Shown: positions 9,594 to 18,153 of the stretch, piece after piece
Layout of the letters: each line of letters starts with the position of its first letter
Numbering within the stretch: position 1 is the stretch's first letter
Source: Anaerolineae bacterium
GTDB taxonomy: Bacteria > Chloroflexota > Anaerolineae > UBA1429
Direction of reading: 5' to 3'
Length of the DNA stretch: 64,000 nt
Assembly: GCA_963675785.1 (NCBI GenBank)
Contig: OY776562.1
Coordinates: forward strand, 1,088,001-1,152,000
Notes under the pieces: generated by a model
What the model saw: the letters and a program-made list of their open reading frames with translations, nothing else
What the model was told of the DNA's origin: nothing
Databases searched by the model: none
Program-made: the position numbers and the translations under genes

Positions 9594-10364
9594 CTATGCG
9601 TTGAAATCGTATCCCATAGCAGTGGAAAGCTCATGCGCTGCTTCCATAATGAGCTGTGCAGCCTGTTCCATTTTCTCGTGCCCAAATCGGTAGGCTGGCG
9701 CCATGACGCCAATAGCGGCAATGCCTTCACCCATCAGGCTGTGCACCGGTGCTCCCACGCACCTTACACCTTCCAGATATTCTTCCATATCTGCTGCCCA
9801 GCCGGTGCTTCTAATCCTCTTTAACTCTACATAAAGTTTCTCGGCATCAACGATGGTATTGGCCGTAAGTGGTGAGGGAATATCCTTGATATAGTTCTCT
9901 AAAAAGTCGTTGCCGCAATAGGCCAAGAGACATTTTCCAAAGGCTGAGGCGTGCGGGTAGAGCAGCGAACCTGTTTCGACATAGATACGCACGGGCTGCT
10001 TGGTCTCTACCTGATCCAAAAGCACCATCCAATTGCTGCGCAGAACGGTGAGGTGAACCGTCTCGTCAAGCTCGCTCCGCAGGGTTTTCATGAACGGCAG
10101 TGCTCTCGATCGCAGTTCGATGCGGCTGCCAGCAATCTGCCCGATGGTAAAAAAGCGTCCACTGATATAATAGAGGCCATCCGAGGCGTTCTTTTCAAGA
10201 TAGGTGCGATCTTCCATCTCTTTACAGATACGGTAGACGGTGTTCACCGGATAATCGAGTAACCTGGCTATTTCGTTAATGGAAAACCCCCGATTTTCTG
10301 CAGCCATCAATTCGATGATATCGAACAGTCGGGCGACAGCCGGTGCAGAATATTTCTTTTCCAC
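9594..10364 (-). CDS. IclR family transcriptional regulator
   Basis: APAVARLFDIIELM HTH start, HASAFGKCLLAY, GVRCVGAPV. Start probably GTG 10364; the ORF track extends to 10412. Confidence 0.92.
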   Translation of the reverse strand: MEKKYSAPAVARLFDIIELMAAENRGFSINEIARLLDYPVNTVYRICKEMEDRTYLEKNASDGLYYISGRFFTIGQIAGSRIELRSRALPFMKTLRSELDETVHLTVLRSNWMVLLDQVETKQPVRIYVETGSLLYPHASAFGKCLLAYCGNDFLENYIKDIPSPLTANTIVDAEKLYVELKRIRSTGWAADMEEYLEGVRCVGAPVHSLMGEGIAAIGVMAPAYRFGHEKMEQAAQLIMEAAHELSTAMGYDFNA

Positions 10365-10411
10365 GGTTTGCCTCTTTTCTGGCTGATCTCCAAGGCAAGC
10401 GAATGTGACCA

Positions 10412-12556
10412 CTAAAGGGCATGCCCGGTACGCGCGATGACTTCTTCTTGCATGGCAGGGGAGAGGTGAATGAAATAGTCGCTGTATCCGCCTACGCGCA
10501 CCACAAGGTCACGGTATTCCTCTGGATTCTCGCGGGCCTTGAGTAGTGTCTCTCTATCCACCACGTTTACTTGCAGTTCAAAGCCGCCTCGCTCCATAAA
10601 TGTTTTGACGAGTGCGTGCATATTCTCTTGCGACTTTTTGCCCAGCAGCGCTTTGGAGAATTTCAGGTTGACAGCAATGCCTCCAATAAAGGGACTATGC
10701 TTCCATTTGGTAGATGACAGAATCGAGGCTGTGGGACCATTGGCTTCTCTGCCCTGTGCGGGTCCAGAACCATCGCCGAGTGGAAAACCGCTTCTTCTAC
10801 CATCTGGCGTGGCGGCCGTGTTGGTTCCCAGGCGCTCATGCATCACCCAACAGAACAGACTGGGGATAAAGCGATCTCCCCGGTATGTTTCCAGTTTCCC
10901 AGTTTCCTCAGTGATCCATGAGGTGATTTCCATCAGCATACTGTCGACATTGTCATCATCGTTGCCATACTTGGCGACGTGGTTACGAATTTGTAGATAC
11001 AACTGCGGATTGCTGCCAAAGTCATCCCTGAGCGAGTCGACAAGTTCGCTCAGGGTGGTCCTACGTTCTTCAAAGACGAGTTGTTTTATCGTCATGAACG
11101 AATCCGCGAGATTCGAAAGACCCACAAAAGACGGCATGATCCAGTTGTATCTTGCACCGCCGCAATCGATATCCTTGCCGCGGCTTAGGCAGTCGTTCAC
11201 AAAGCAGGAAACCAGCGGGTCTCCGCCCATGTAATAGCGATTCATCTGCCAATGGTTCTGCTCAATGGCGTTCCGCTTGATCTTTTCTCCAAGCCGTCTG
11301 CGGTATTCGGCCTTAAAAGTCTCCCAATCGGCGAATTGCTGCGGGGCAGTGATGGGCGCATTAGGTTCATCCAGAGAGGGAATTCCCAACATATCTAGCA
11401 AGAGTTGCACTAGATTGAGATAAGGGCTGGCCACCCATACCGCCGAGTTCGCTATCGGGGTAATCTCTACACACGTGCTGTGAATGTACTGGCATGCATC
11501 CTGAATCGGCAGGCCGTACCCCTTTAGCCCCTCGGTAATCACCTCGTCGTTGAACAGAGCCGGATGGGAGAGCCCTTCCGAAAGCAGGCTGTAACTGCGT
11601 TCGAGGATGTCGCGCGGTGTGTCTGGGGTGCAGCACATGCCAATGCCCGGATAGGATAGGCGCGTATGGCCAATGCTTTCAATGAACAGATACGAAAGTT
11701 CGTTGGTGATGTCATTACCCTGGGAATCTCGCCCGCCAACCATCAATCCTACCGCCAAGCCGATACGCGTGTATTCGTTAAAGAGGACGCACAAGCAGTC
11801 GATCAGCTCCTGGGCTGATTCTGGCGTGATCCTGCCTTGCGCCAGGTCGCGTCGGTAGAACTCAATCAGGTATCTGTCTGGCCGTCCCAACTGATAGAGG
11901 CCTTCGAGGCAAAAGGTGACGAACTGGATGGACTGCAAGGCCTGCCGAAACGTTTGCGCCGGCTTTTGGGGCACAACCTGTAGCGTCTCGCCGATCTCTA
12001 GCAATTCTCTTTTGCGTGTTGCGTCAGTACAAGAGGCGGCTTGTTCCAAGGCTAGTTCGGCATAGTGTTGGGCGTAAGCAAGGACGCCATCGAGCGAGAT
12101 CAGGCAGGCTTGATAGAAATCATCCTTTTCCATGTCCTCGGGGTCTTCAAGGGTTAACCCTTGGCGGTAGTGAACGATTTCTTCCTTTACGCCGTCTATT
12201 CCCAGGGCGAGCAGCTTCTCATAGTCGATCGCCATGTGGGAGGCCTGTCCCGTAAGGAGAGGCCCCATATCCGCGTACCCGCGTTTGTAATCGGCGAGCT
12301 GTTCTTGCTCTGCATCAGAGAGCGTTCTGTAGCAGGGCTTACCGACGAGCAGTTCGTCAGCGTCGATCACAGGGGTAGAGTGGCTGTGCATATAGGCTTT
12401 AGCTGCGGCTCGACGCACCATGTTCGAACTGGCGTTCCTGTTTTCGCGCCAGCCTTCCAGCCATGATAGCTCTCCTTCAACGCTTCTGGAGCCCATGACG
12501 TTGGCATCTAGGGCGTGTTGACGCAATCTCTCGATGCGTGGACTGGCTGCAACCAT
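10412..12556 (-). CDS. Glycyl-radical enzyme (PFL-like family), substrate unknown
   Basis: C-terminal LVVRVGGYSDYF glycyl loop, HSTCVEITP Cys loop, ATPDGR, GPTA, KYGNDDD; ATG 12556 with GGAGG. Confidence 0.93.
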   Translation of the reverse strand: MVAASPRIERLRQHALDANVMGSRSVEGELSWLEGWRENRNASSNMVRRAAAKAYMHSHSTPVIDADELLVGKPCYRTLSDAEQEQLADYKRGYADMGPLLTGQASHMAIDYEKLLALGIDGVKEEIVHYRQGLTLEDPEDMEKDDFYQACLISLDGVLAYAQHYAELALEQAASCTDATRKRELLEIGETLQVVPQKPAQTFRQALQSIQFVTFCLEGLYQLGRPDRYLIEFYRRDLAQGRITPESAQELIDCLCVLFNEYTRIGLAVGLMVGGRDSQGNDITNELSYLFIESIGHTRLSYPGIGMCCTPDTPRDILERSYSLLSEGLSHPALFNDEVITEGLKGYGLPIQDACQYIHSTCVEITPIANSAVWVASPYLNLVQLLLDMLGIPSLDEPNAPITAPQQFADWETFKAEYRRRLGEKIKRNAIEQNHWQMNRYYMGGDPLVSCFVNDCLSRGKDIDCGGARYNWIMPSFVGLSNLADSFMTIKQLVFEERRTTLSELVDSLRDDFGSNPQLYLQIRNHVAKYGNDDDNVDSMLMEITSWITEETGKLETYRGDRFIPSLFCWVMHERLGTNTAATPDGRRSGFPLGDGSGPAQGREANGPTASILSSTKWKHSPFIGGIAVNLKFSKALLGKKSQENMHALVKTFMERGGFELQVNVVDRETLLKARENPEEYRDLVVRVGGYSDYFIHLSPAMQEEVIARTGHAL

Positions 12557-12584
12557 GAGAACCTCCGCTATCAAAGTTATCTTT

Positions 12585-12600
12585 ATTCTATATATAGTAT
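12585..12600. promoter_or_regulatory. Candidate operator upstream of the GRE operon
   Basis: ATTCTATATATAGTAT, near-perfect 16-bp palindrome about 30 bp upstream of the GRE start; assignment to the IclR is inference. Confidence 0.4.
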
Positions 12601-12729
12601 ACCATATGAAAACATAGGTGGCATCGTACCAATACCGCAGCTAGATGTCAACTGAAAAACTGTGTGTGGAGCGTATCAGCAACTAGATGGTAGAAATTCT
12701 CACTTTTCCCACATATAATACCAATAACT

Positions 12730-13395
12730 TTGACCCCACAAATGAAAGCTTTGTCTATGCCAACCACCAGACCCGACTACACCCAGCTCTTGGACGACTC
12801 TCAGTATGAGGTGTTGGCGCAATTTGGGCTCGATGAACTGATTCCTTTCGTAGTGGCCTGTTACCGTGAATCTTCACCCGTCAAAACGTTATACTATATC
12901 CCGCTCGTGCTCTTGTGTGGCGTATTGGGCTACCAAACCGCTCTTACGGGGATGACAGTCCTGGGTTCGTCCGTTTTCCTGTGGCTGGGTGCAGGAGTTC
13001 TGTTCATGCTCACAGTAGGGGCGGTACTGCATGAATTGCTCCATGCGGCTGTATACTATCTACTGGGTGCACGGCGCATCCATTTTGGCGCAGAATGGCG
13101 CTATTATGCTTTTTACGCCATTGCCGATGGTTTTTCCGTGAACTGGCGTGAGTACGTATTCGTCGCACTCACACCGCTCGTTGTACTCACGGCAGTTCCC
13201 TTGATTCTTGCTTTGCTTGGAACCGGCGGTTGGAGCGTAGCTGCAACTGCTGCCGCCGTGATGAGTATGCTAATGGCCTCTGGCGACGTGGCCTTACTGA
13301 ATGGCTTTTGGAAGGATCGCCACAGGGGATTCTGGACGTGTGATGCATGGCAAACGTCGTCATCGGTTTTCGCTGTAGAAGGTCGTGATAGTTGA
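12730..13395 (+). CDS. DUF3267-like membrane protein with HExxH zincin motif
   Basis: LHELLH within TM segments, ASGD motif. Start uncertain (12730/12742/12757). Confidence 0.7.
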   Translation: MTPQMKALSMPTTRPDYTQLLDDSQYEVLAQFGLDELIPFVVACYRESSPVKTLYYIPLVLLCGVLGYQTALTGMTVLGSSVFLWLGAGVLFMLTVGAVLHELLHAAVYYLLGARRIHFGAEWRYYAFYAIADGFSVNWREYVFVALTPLVVLTAVPLILALLGTGGWSVAATAAAVMSMLMASGDVALLNGFWKDRHRGFWTCDAWQTSSSVFAVEGRDS

Positions 13396-13423
13396 TAGAC
13401 TCTGGAAGGAGCCTCGGAATTTT

Positions 13424-16390
13424 ATGAGCAGGCGCTGGTTGGTACGATGTGCCTTGTTGGTGCTTGGAGTCGCGGCGGTGCTGGTGGGGTGTCAGCAAGA
13501 ATATGATACCCTGGTCCTCGTCTCCGACGCCACCTTTGTCTATGGCCCGACAGCAACAGCGATCGAAGAAGCAGACTTGGCGGATAGTCTCTCTGCTTCC
13601 GAATGTGCGGCCGTGTTAGAGGATGTCAGCCGGTATTATTCTGTCAATCCCCGCGTATTAGCCACGCTTTATCGCCTTACGGGGGACCGCAGCGTCGCTT
13701 CGACTGATGCTTTGGCAGAGGCCCTTACCGAAATGGCTGGAGAGGCCAACGCAGCCTATTACGATGTCCTTTATGGTGTTCAAGCTGAGAGCGATACCCC
13801 TACTGTTTTTGCATTGACTGACGGCACCACAATCAGTATGGCCTCTGGCCTCAATGCTGGAACGGTTGGCGTGTTGGCGGTACTTGCCGTTCGTTCGGAT
13901 CAATCTGCCTGGGTCGAACGCGTCTTTGGCGAGGACCCGAAAGCCAGTTTTGCAGCTGCCTACGAGCAAGAGTACGAAGAACCGGCCACTGTTTCAACCA
14001 ACAGCGTTGTACCAGAAAGCTTGCCACCGGATGCGCTCCTTTCTCTCCCCTGGACCTTTGGCGACACCTGGAAATTCAGCAGCGGTCCCCACGATTATTC
14101 TGGTACGGGGACAAAGGGGCTTCCACTCTCGTCGCTGGATTTCGCACCTGAGAGTGGTCTCACCCAGCCCGCGTATGATCGTTGGATTACGGCGCCTGCT
14201 GATGGGGTAGTGATCTCTGTGGCCTGTGGCGGCTGCCAGGTAGATATTCGATATGCCAATGGCTGGGAAACGCGTTTTTACCATGTGTACGGTTGTCTGG
14301 TTTCGGTTGGACAGACGGTTACACGAGGTCAACGCATCGGCAACCCCTCGTCACGCCCCACGGTGGGTGAGGCCTGTGGCTATTGCAGTGGCTATGCCAC
14401 GGGCACGCATGTGCACCAGGATTTGATGTACAACGGCGCCTTCTATCCGATTGAGGGCGCTACCTTGGGCGGCTGGACAGTACACGGTACCACTTTCCGC
14501 GAGGGCTACCTAGAAAAAGATGGCACGGTCAAGTGGGTAGATTCCTGGGTCACGTCGGAGGATCAATCCGTGCCTGCGACGCCTACAGCCATCATTGTCC
14601 CTGTGACCCCTCCTGCTGCTGGAGATGGCCTGGTAGCACTCATCCGCTATCGTATGCCCGACACAAACTATTACTATTTAACCTCCAACTGGGACGAGTT
14701 CGAATCTGGTGGCTATGGCTGGGTGTACGATGATTGGGTGGGCTCCTTGTCGGCGACTTCTCAGAATGGGGCTACCTCTTTGTTGCACTATTACGTCTCG
14801 GGAGAGCACCGCCACTATTACACCATTGAGGATGTTGTTCCTCTCGATGATACCTGGACCTATGGTGGGGATGTGGGCTATATCTGGACAACCTCTGGCG
14901 CAGGACGTGTAGCTCTCTATGCCTTCAAGAATAGCGACAGCACTTTGTACTGGTATGGCGTAGAAAGCAGTGGCCCAGACGGTTCAGGATGGATCAGCTT
15001 GGGCATCCTGGGGTGGGTTGTGCCTGCGGGCGGCGTACCCACGGTGACCCCTACGGCCTCAATAACAAGCACACCAACACCAACCTGGACGCCTGCACCT
15101 ACGCGTACACCTACTGCAACGTCCTTGCCCACGGCCACACCCACGCCCACACCCTGCGGTCAGGGATTGAGTGCTTCAGCTGAGGTGGCCTACGCTTACA
15201 GCGTTAACACAACCCTCGATGGTGCACCTGTTTCAGCAGGCGTTTGTATTGGCGCCAGCGATATCAATGGTGTTGCCTGCGGATCCGTGTTGGCATCCGG
15301 CAGCGGTGAATGGGGCCCCATGACAATTCGTGGCGATAATCCTGATACACCACTGGATGAAGGGCCGCTCTCTGGAGAACGCGTCTATTTCTCCGTTGAC
15401 GGGCATTCTTCAGGGGTGAGCATCGTCTGGACGCCCGGTACCACGGCTATGGTCGATCTTGCAGTTGAAAGTACAACCCAACTCGTGCTTGAATTAGACC
15501 AGGGTTGGAATGCGGTAGCCATCTCGGTCGCTCCTGGTGGGGTGGTATCCCAGCCCATAGCGAATGTACTGGGGACGACCAATTCAGCCATTACGCGTGT
15601 TGTGGATACGAGTACGGGCAGTGCGCGGGTCTACTATCCCGAAATGGCTCCGGCTTATAGTGATCTCGATACGCTCTCTGCTGGGCAAGCTTATCTGATT
15701 GAAGCCGTACGAGATACAACCCTCACCATCGAAGGTGCCGTGCTTTCTGCTACCACAGCGGTGAAACTAGATACAGGCTGGCAGCTCATGCCCTATCTGG
15801 GGATGACAGACAGTTCTCCTTCAGTGGTCTTTGCCGGATTAACGGATGTATTCGACCTTGTGCGTGCGGCAAATGGTCGTTTATACGATCCGACGGTCTC
15901 CATCGAAAAGAACACACTAACCTGCCTGGAGGTTGGTTCAGCATATTGGGTCAAAGCGACTGAAGCGATGACGTTGGCACCTCTTGGAGAAGCGGGTACA
16001 TGCCCTTCAGTGGATGCAATATCAGCGTCTACGGATACGGGTCCCGTGGTTTCTGGGTTGGATTGGTGTGATCTCTATGGCGATGTTCAGATCAATGGTG
16101 AAACAAAGACCAGCCAGATGATCATTTCGGTGTTTGATCCGGATGGAACGTTGTGTGGTTCTGGTATGGCGCATCAGGATGGTACATGGGGTGTTCTCCA
16201 CATTCAGGGCGATGATCCCGAAACCAGTGGGGATGAAGGTGCCGAGGAAGGTGATATACTCACAATCAGGGTGAATGGGGTGCTTGCTTCTACAGCAGAA
16301 CCTGTTGAATGGACTGCTTTGGGACTAACCGAGTTAACGCTTCGGGTTAACGCCTGGCTCTCGTTGGAGGTTCCCCTGATTAGCCGATAG
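13424..16390 (+). CDS. Multidomain lipoprotein with LasA-like M23 peptidase, triple aromatic repeats, PT linker and duplicated beta domains
   Basis: Lipobox LVGC; YYSVNPRVL (LasA-propeptide-like); GPH...SLD, YYH-equivalent FYH and HVH zinc motifs; PT-rich linker; two LxxGW repeats; two GDxPxT..DEG domains. Confidence 0.8.
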   Translation: MSRRWLVRCALLVLGVAAVLVGCQQEYDTLVLVSDATFVYGPTATAIEEADLADSLSASECAAVLEDVSRYYSVNPRVLATLYRLTGDRSVASTDALAEALTEMAGEANAAYYDVLYGVQAESDTPTVFALTDGTTISMASGLNAGTVGVLAVLAVRSDQSAWVERVFGEDPKASFAAAYEQEYEEPATVSTNSVVPESLPPDALLSLPWTFGDTWKFSSGPHDYSGTGTKGLPLSSLDFAPESGLTQPAYDRWITAPADGVVISVACGGCQVDIRYANGWETRFYHVYGCLVSVGQTVTRGQRIGNPSSRPTVGEACGYCSGYATGTHVHQDLMYNGAFYPIEGATLGGWTVHGTTFREGYLEKDGTVKWVDSWVTSEDQSVPATPTAIIVPVTPPAAGDGLVALIRYRMPDTNYYYLTSNWDEFESGGYGWVYDDWVGSLSATSQNGATSLLHYYVSGEHRHYYTIEDVVPLDDTWTYGGDVGYIWTTSGAGRVALYAFKNSDSTLYWYGVESSGPDGSGWISLGILGWVVPAGGVPTVTPTASITSTPTPTWTPAPTRTPTATSLPTATPTPTPCGQGLSASAEVAYAYSVNTTLDGAPVSAGVCIGASDINGVACGSVLASGSGEWGPMTIRGDNPDTPLDEGPLSGERVYFSVDGHSSGVSIVWTPGTTAMVDLAVESTTQLVLELDQGWNAVAISVAPGGVVSQPIANVLGTTNSAITRVVDTSTGSARVYYPEMAPAYSDLDTLSAGQAYLIEAVRDTTLTIEGAVLSATTAVKLDTGWQLMPYLGMTDSSPSVVFAGLTDVFDLVRAANGRLYDPTVSIEKNTLTCLEVGSAYWVKATEAMTLAPLGEAGTCPSVDAISASTDTGPVVSGLDWCDLYGDVQINGETKTSQMIISVFDPDGTLCGSGMAHQDGTWGVLHIQGDDPETSGDEGAEEGDILTIRVNGVLASTAEPVEWTALGLTELTLRVNAWLSLEVPLISR

Positions 16391-16416
16391 TAGCCTGGAT
16401 TTTTCGAGTAACAGTT

Positions 16417-16452
16417 ATGCGGGGGAGCCCTTGCAGAGCTCCCCCGTATTTT
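16417..16452 (+). terminator. Intrinsic terminator
   Basis: ATGCGGGGGAGC...GCTCCCCCGTAT followed by TTT. Confidence 0.65.
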
Positions 16453-16493
16453 GCTATAGTAGCGTAATAAGTTTTTGTCGACTGGGGCAACGA

Positions 16494-18152
16494 ATGTATT
16501 TACAATCTCCTCTAGTTTTGCCAGGCCTGTTCGCTTTGACGGTTGGTTTCATTGGCCTTGTTGTGACCTTTGTAAAAAAGACAAAACGTTATAGTAGACG
16601 CATGGCGATAGCTGCTGCCGTGACCTGCGTGTGGGGATTCCTACTCTACGCCTATGTTGACTCGGCAACACTTGATCAGGCCCGCATTTTTTCATTTCTC
16701 TTGTTCATTTTTTCGTGCCTGGTTCCAACAATTTGGCTTGTCGCAATCTGGAATCCCTATGTTTTAGTAGTCATTTCAGACTGGCATTCCTGGCAAATTT
16801 TGCCCGTATTACCACATATCTTTTCTATCTTTTTCATATTTCTCCCTGAATCATTGAGTTCCCTTGTCGTACAGGTTGACAGCTTTGTGCCCTTTATCAA
16901 TGGTTACTTACTTCCGCATGTTGCGATTGGCTCAATTGGTGCAGCCCTCTTTGGCTACGCGATACTCTCTCTGGCCGGTGCCATTGGTGGAATGCTGTGG
17001 CGTCTGTTACAGCTTCCGCGTTCCTACATCTCTCATATCGCCTGGCTTTTGACCCTGCCCTTGCTAGTTATCCTGACGACCGCTTTTGTGGCTGTAAGCG
17101 GGTTTGTAGATCTATCTCTTTATGTCGTAGTAGTGCTGGGCCTGTTTCTTCATCTCGCCATGATAGCGCTGTCGATGGCTACGCGCGTTTTTTCGATCAA
17201 GCCCATCCCCAGAAGCATTGTCTTCCATGGTATGCGCGATGCTGCCCTTATTTATGGTGCCGCTGGAGAGATCATCGCCAGCAACCGCAACGCTGATGCA
17301 TTGTTCCCATTTGGAACAACGCTGGCCAAACGCCTATCTAGATTTGATGAGTTACATGCTCTCGCGCTGCAGCGGGTTCCCATAGAACAGGTCATGGAAA
17401 TCAAGACCAATGGGGATGTATCGTCGTGGTGGCGTATACGTATCGACGAGGTAAGTGGTGATTCACCCCGCCAGTTGGGATGGGTGTTACTAGTTTCGGA
17501 TGTCACCTCAGAGTATCATGCAGCAAACGATCTCAAGGTTAGCCTTGCCCAACTTGAGGGACTTGTGGCAGAAACACGTGATGGCGTGGCGTTTATCGAA
17601 CCTTCTGGACGCGTCATCCTTTGGAATGCTTCTCTGAGTCAGCTGACGGGGATACCTGCCCGAGATGCGGTGGATCACTTTGTTGTTGACGTGCATCCGC
17701 TGCTTGCAAGCATGGCAGGATTTGATGTTGCGCCGGATGAAAGCTGTTGGCATTTGAATGGGATGAGTACAGGATATACGCAGAATCTGCGGCTTGGCCA
17801 GAATGATGAACACGAGTGTCGTAGTTCGGTGTTTCCCATCCGTGTATCTCAGGATTATGTGATTTTTGGTATGCTTTGTCGGGATATGACAGCAATTCGT
17901 GAGGCAGAACGCCAGCGCGAACAAACGATCGACGTGCTTGAAGGAAAACTTGCCGAAGTGCGCGCTTTGAGCGGTCTTTTACCTGTTTGTGGCTGGTGTG
18001 GCAAATTGCGCAGCGATACCGGATATTGGGAAAAACTGGATCTCTACCTTGCCAACCATGCTGGTGCACAAGTGTCTCACGGTATCTGTCCCTCCTGCGC
18101 GCGCAATCTAGAGTTGGATTCCAGACGAAACCGAATCAGGAGTGGTGACTGA
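16494..18152 (+). CDS. Membrane sensor-like protein: HisKA_7TM-like N-terminus, two PAS-like domains, C-terminal CxxC...HGICxxC module
   Basis: About 7 TM segments; PAS signatures (IIASNRNA, VILWNASLSQLTG); ends LLPVCGWCGKLR...YW...SHGICPSC; no H-box/HATPase or GGDEF. Confidence 0.75.
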   Translation: MYLQSPLVLPGLFALTVGFIGLVVTFVKKTKRYSRRMAIAAAVTCVWGFLLYAYVDSATLDQARIFSFLLFIFSCLVPTIWLVAIWNPYVLVVISDWHSWQILPVLPHIFSIFFIFLPESLSSLVVQVDSFVPFINGYLLPHVAIGSIGAALFGYAILSLAGAIGGMLWRLLQLPRSYISHIAWLLTLPLLVILTTAFVAVSGFVDLSLYVVVVLGLFLHLAMIALSMATRVFSIKPIPRSIVFHGMRDAALIYGAAGEIIASNRNADALFPFGTTLAKRLSRFDELHALALQRVPIEQVMEIKTNGDVSSWWRIRIDEVSGDSPRQLGWVLLVSDVTSEYHAANDLKVSLAQLEGLVAETRDGVAFIEPSGRVILWNASLSQLTGIPARDAVDHFVVDVHPLLASMAGFDVAPDESCWHLNGMSTGYTQNLRLGQNDEHECRSSVFPIRVSQDYVIFGMLCRDMTAIREAERQREQTIDVLEGKLAEVRALSGLLPVCGWCGKLRSDTGYWEKLDLYLANHAGAQVSHGICPSCARNLELDSRRNRIRSGD

Positions 18153-18153
18153 T

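Noticed and set aside
10412-12556. Pyruvate formate-lyase (pflB) or cutC call
   Set aside because: It lacks the adjacent Cys-Cys of PFL, and there are no microcompartment or choline genes.
15035-15155. Repetitive ACx/CCx-rich tracts (also about 32665-32775, 55210-55310, 61650-61770) as tandem repeats or CRISPR
   Set aside because: They encode Pro/Thr linkers with varied codons; there is no fixed repeat-spacer structure and no cas gene.
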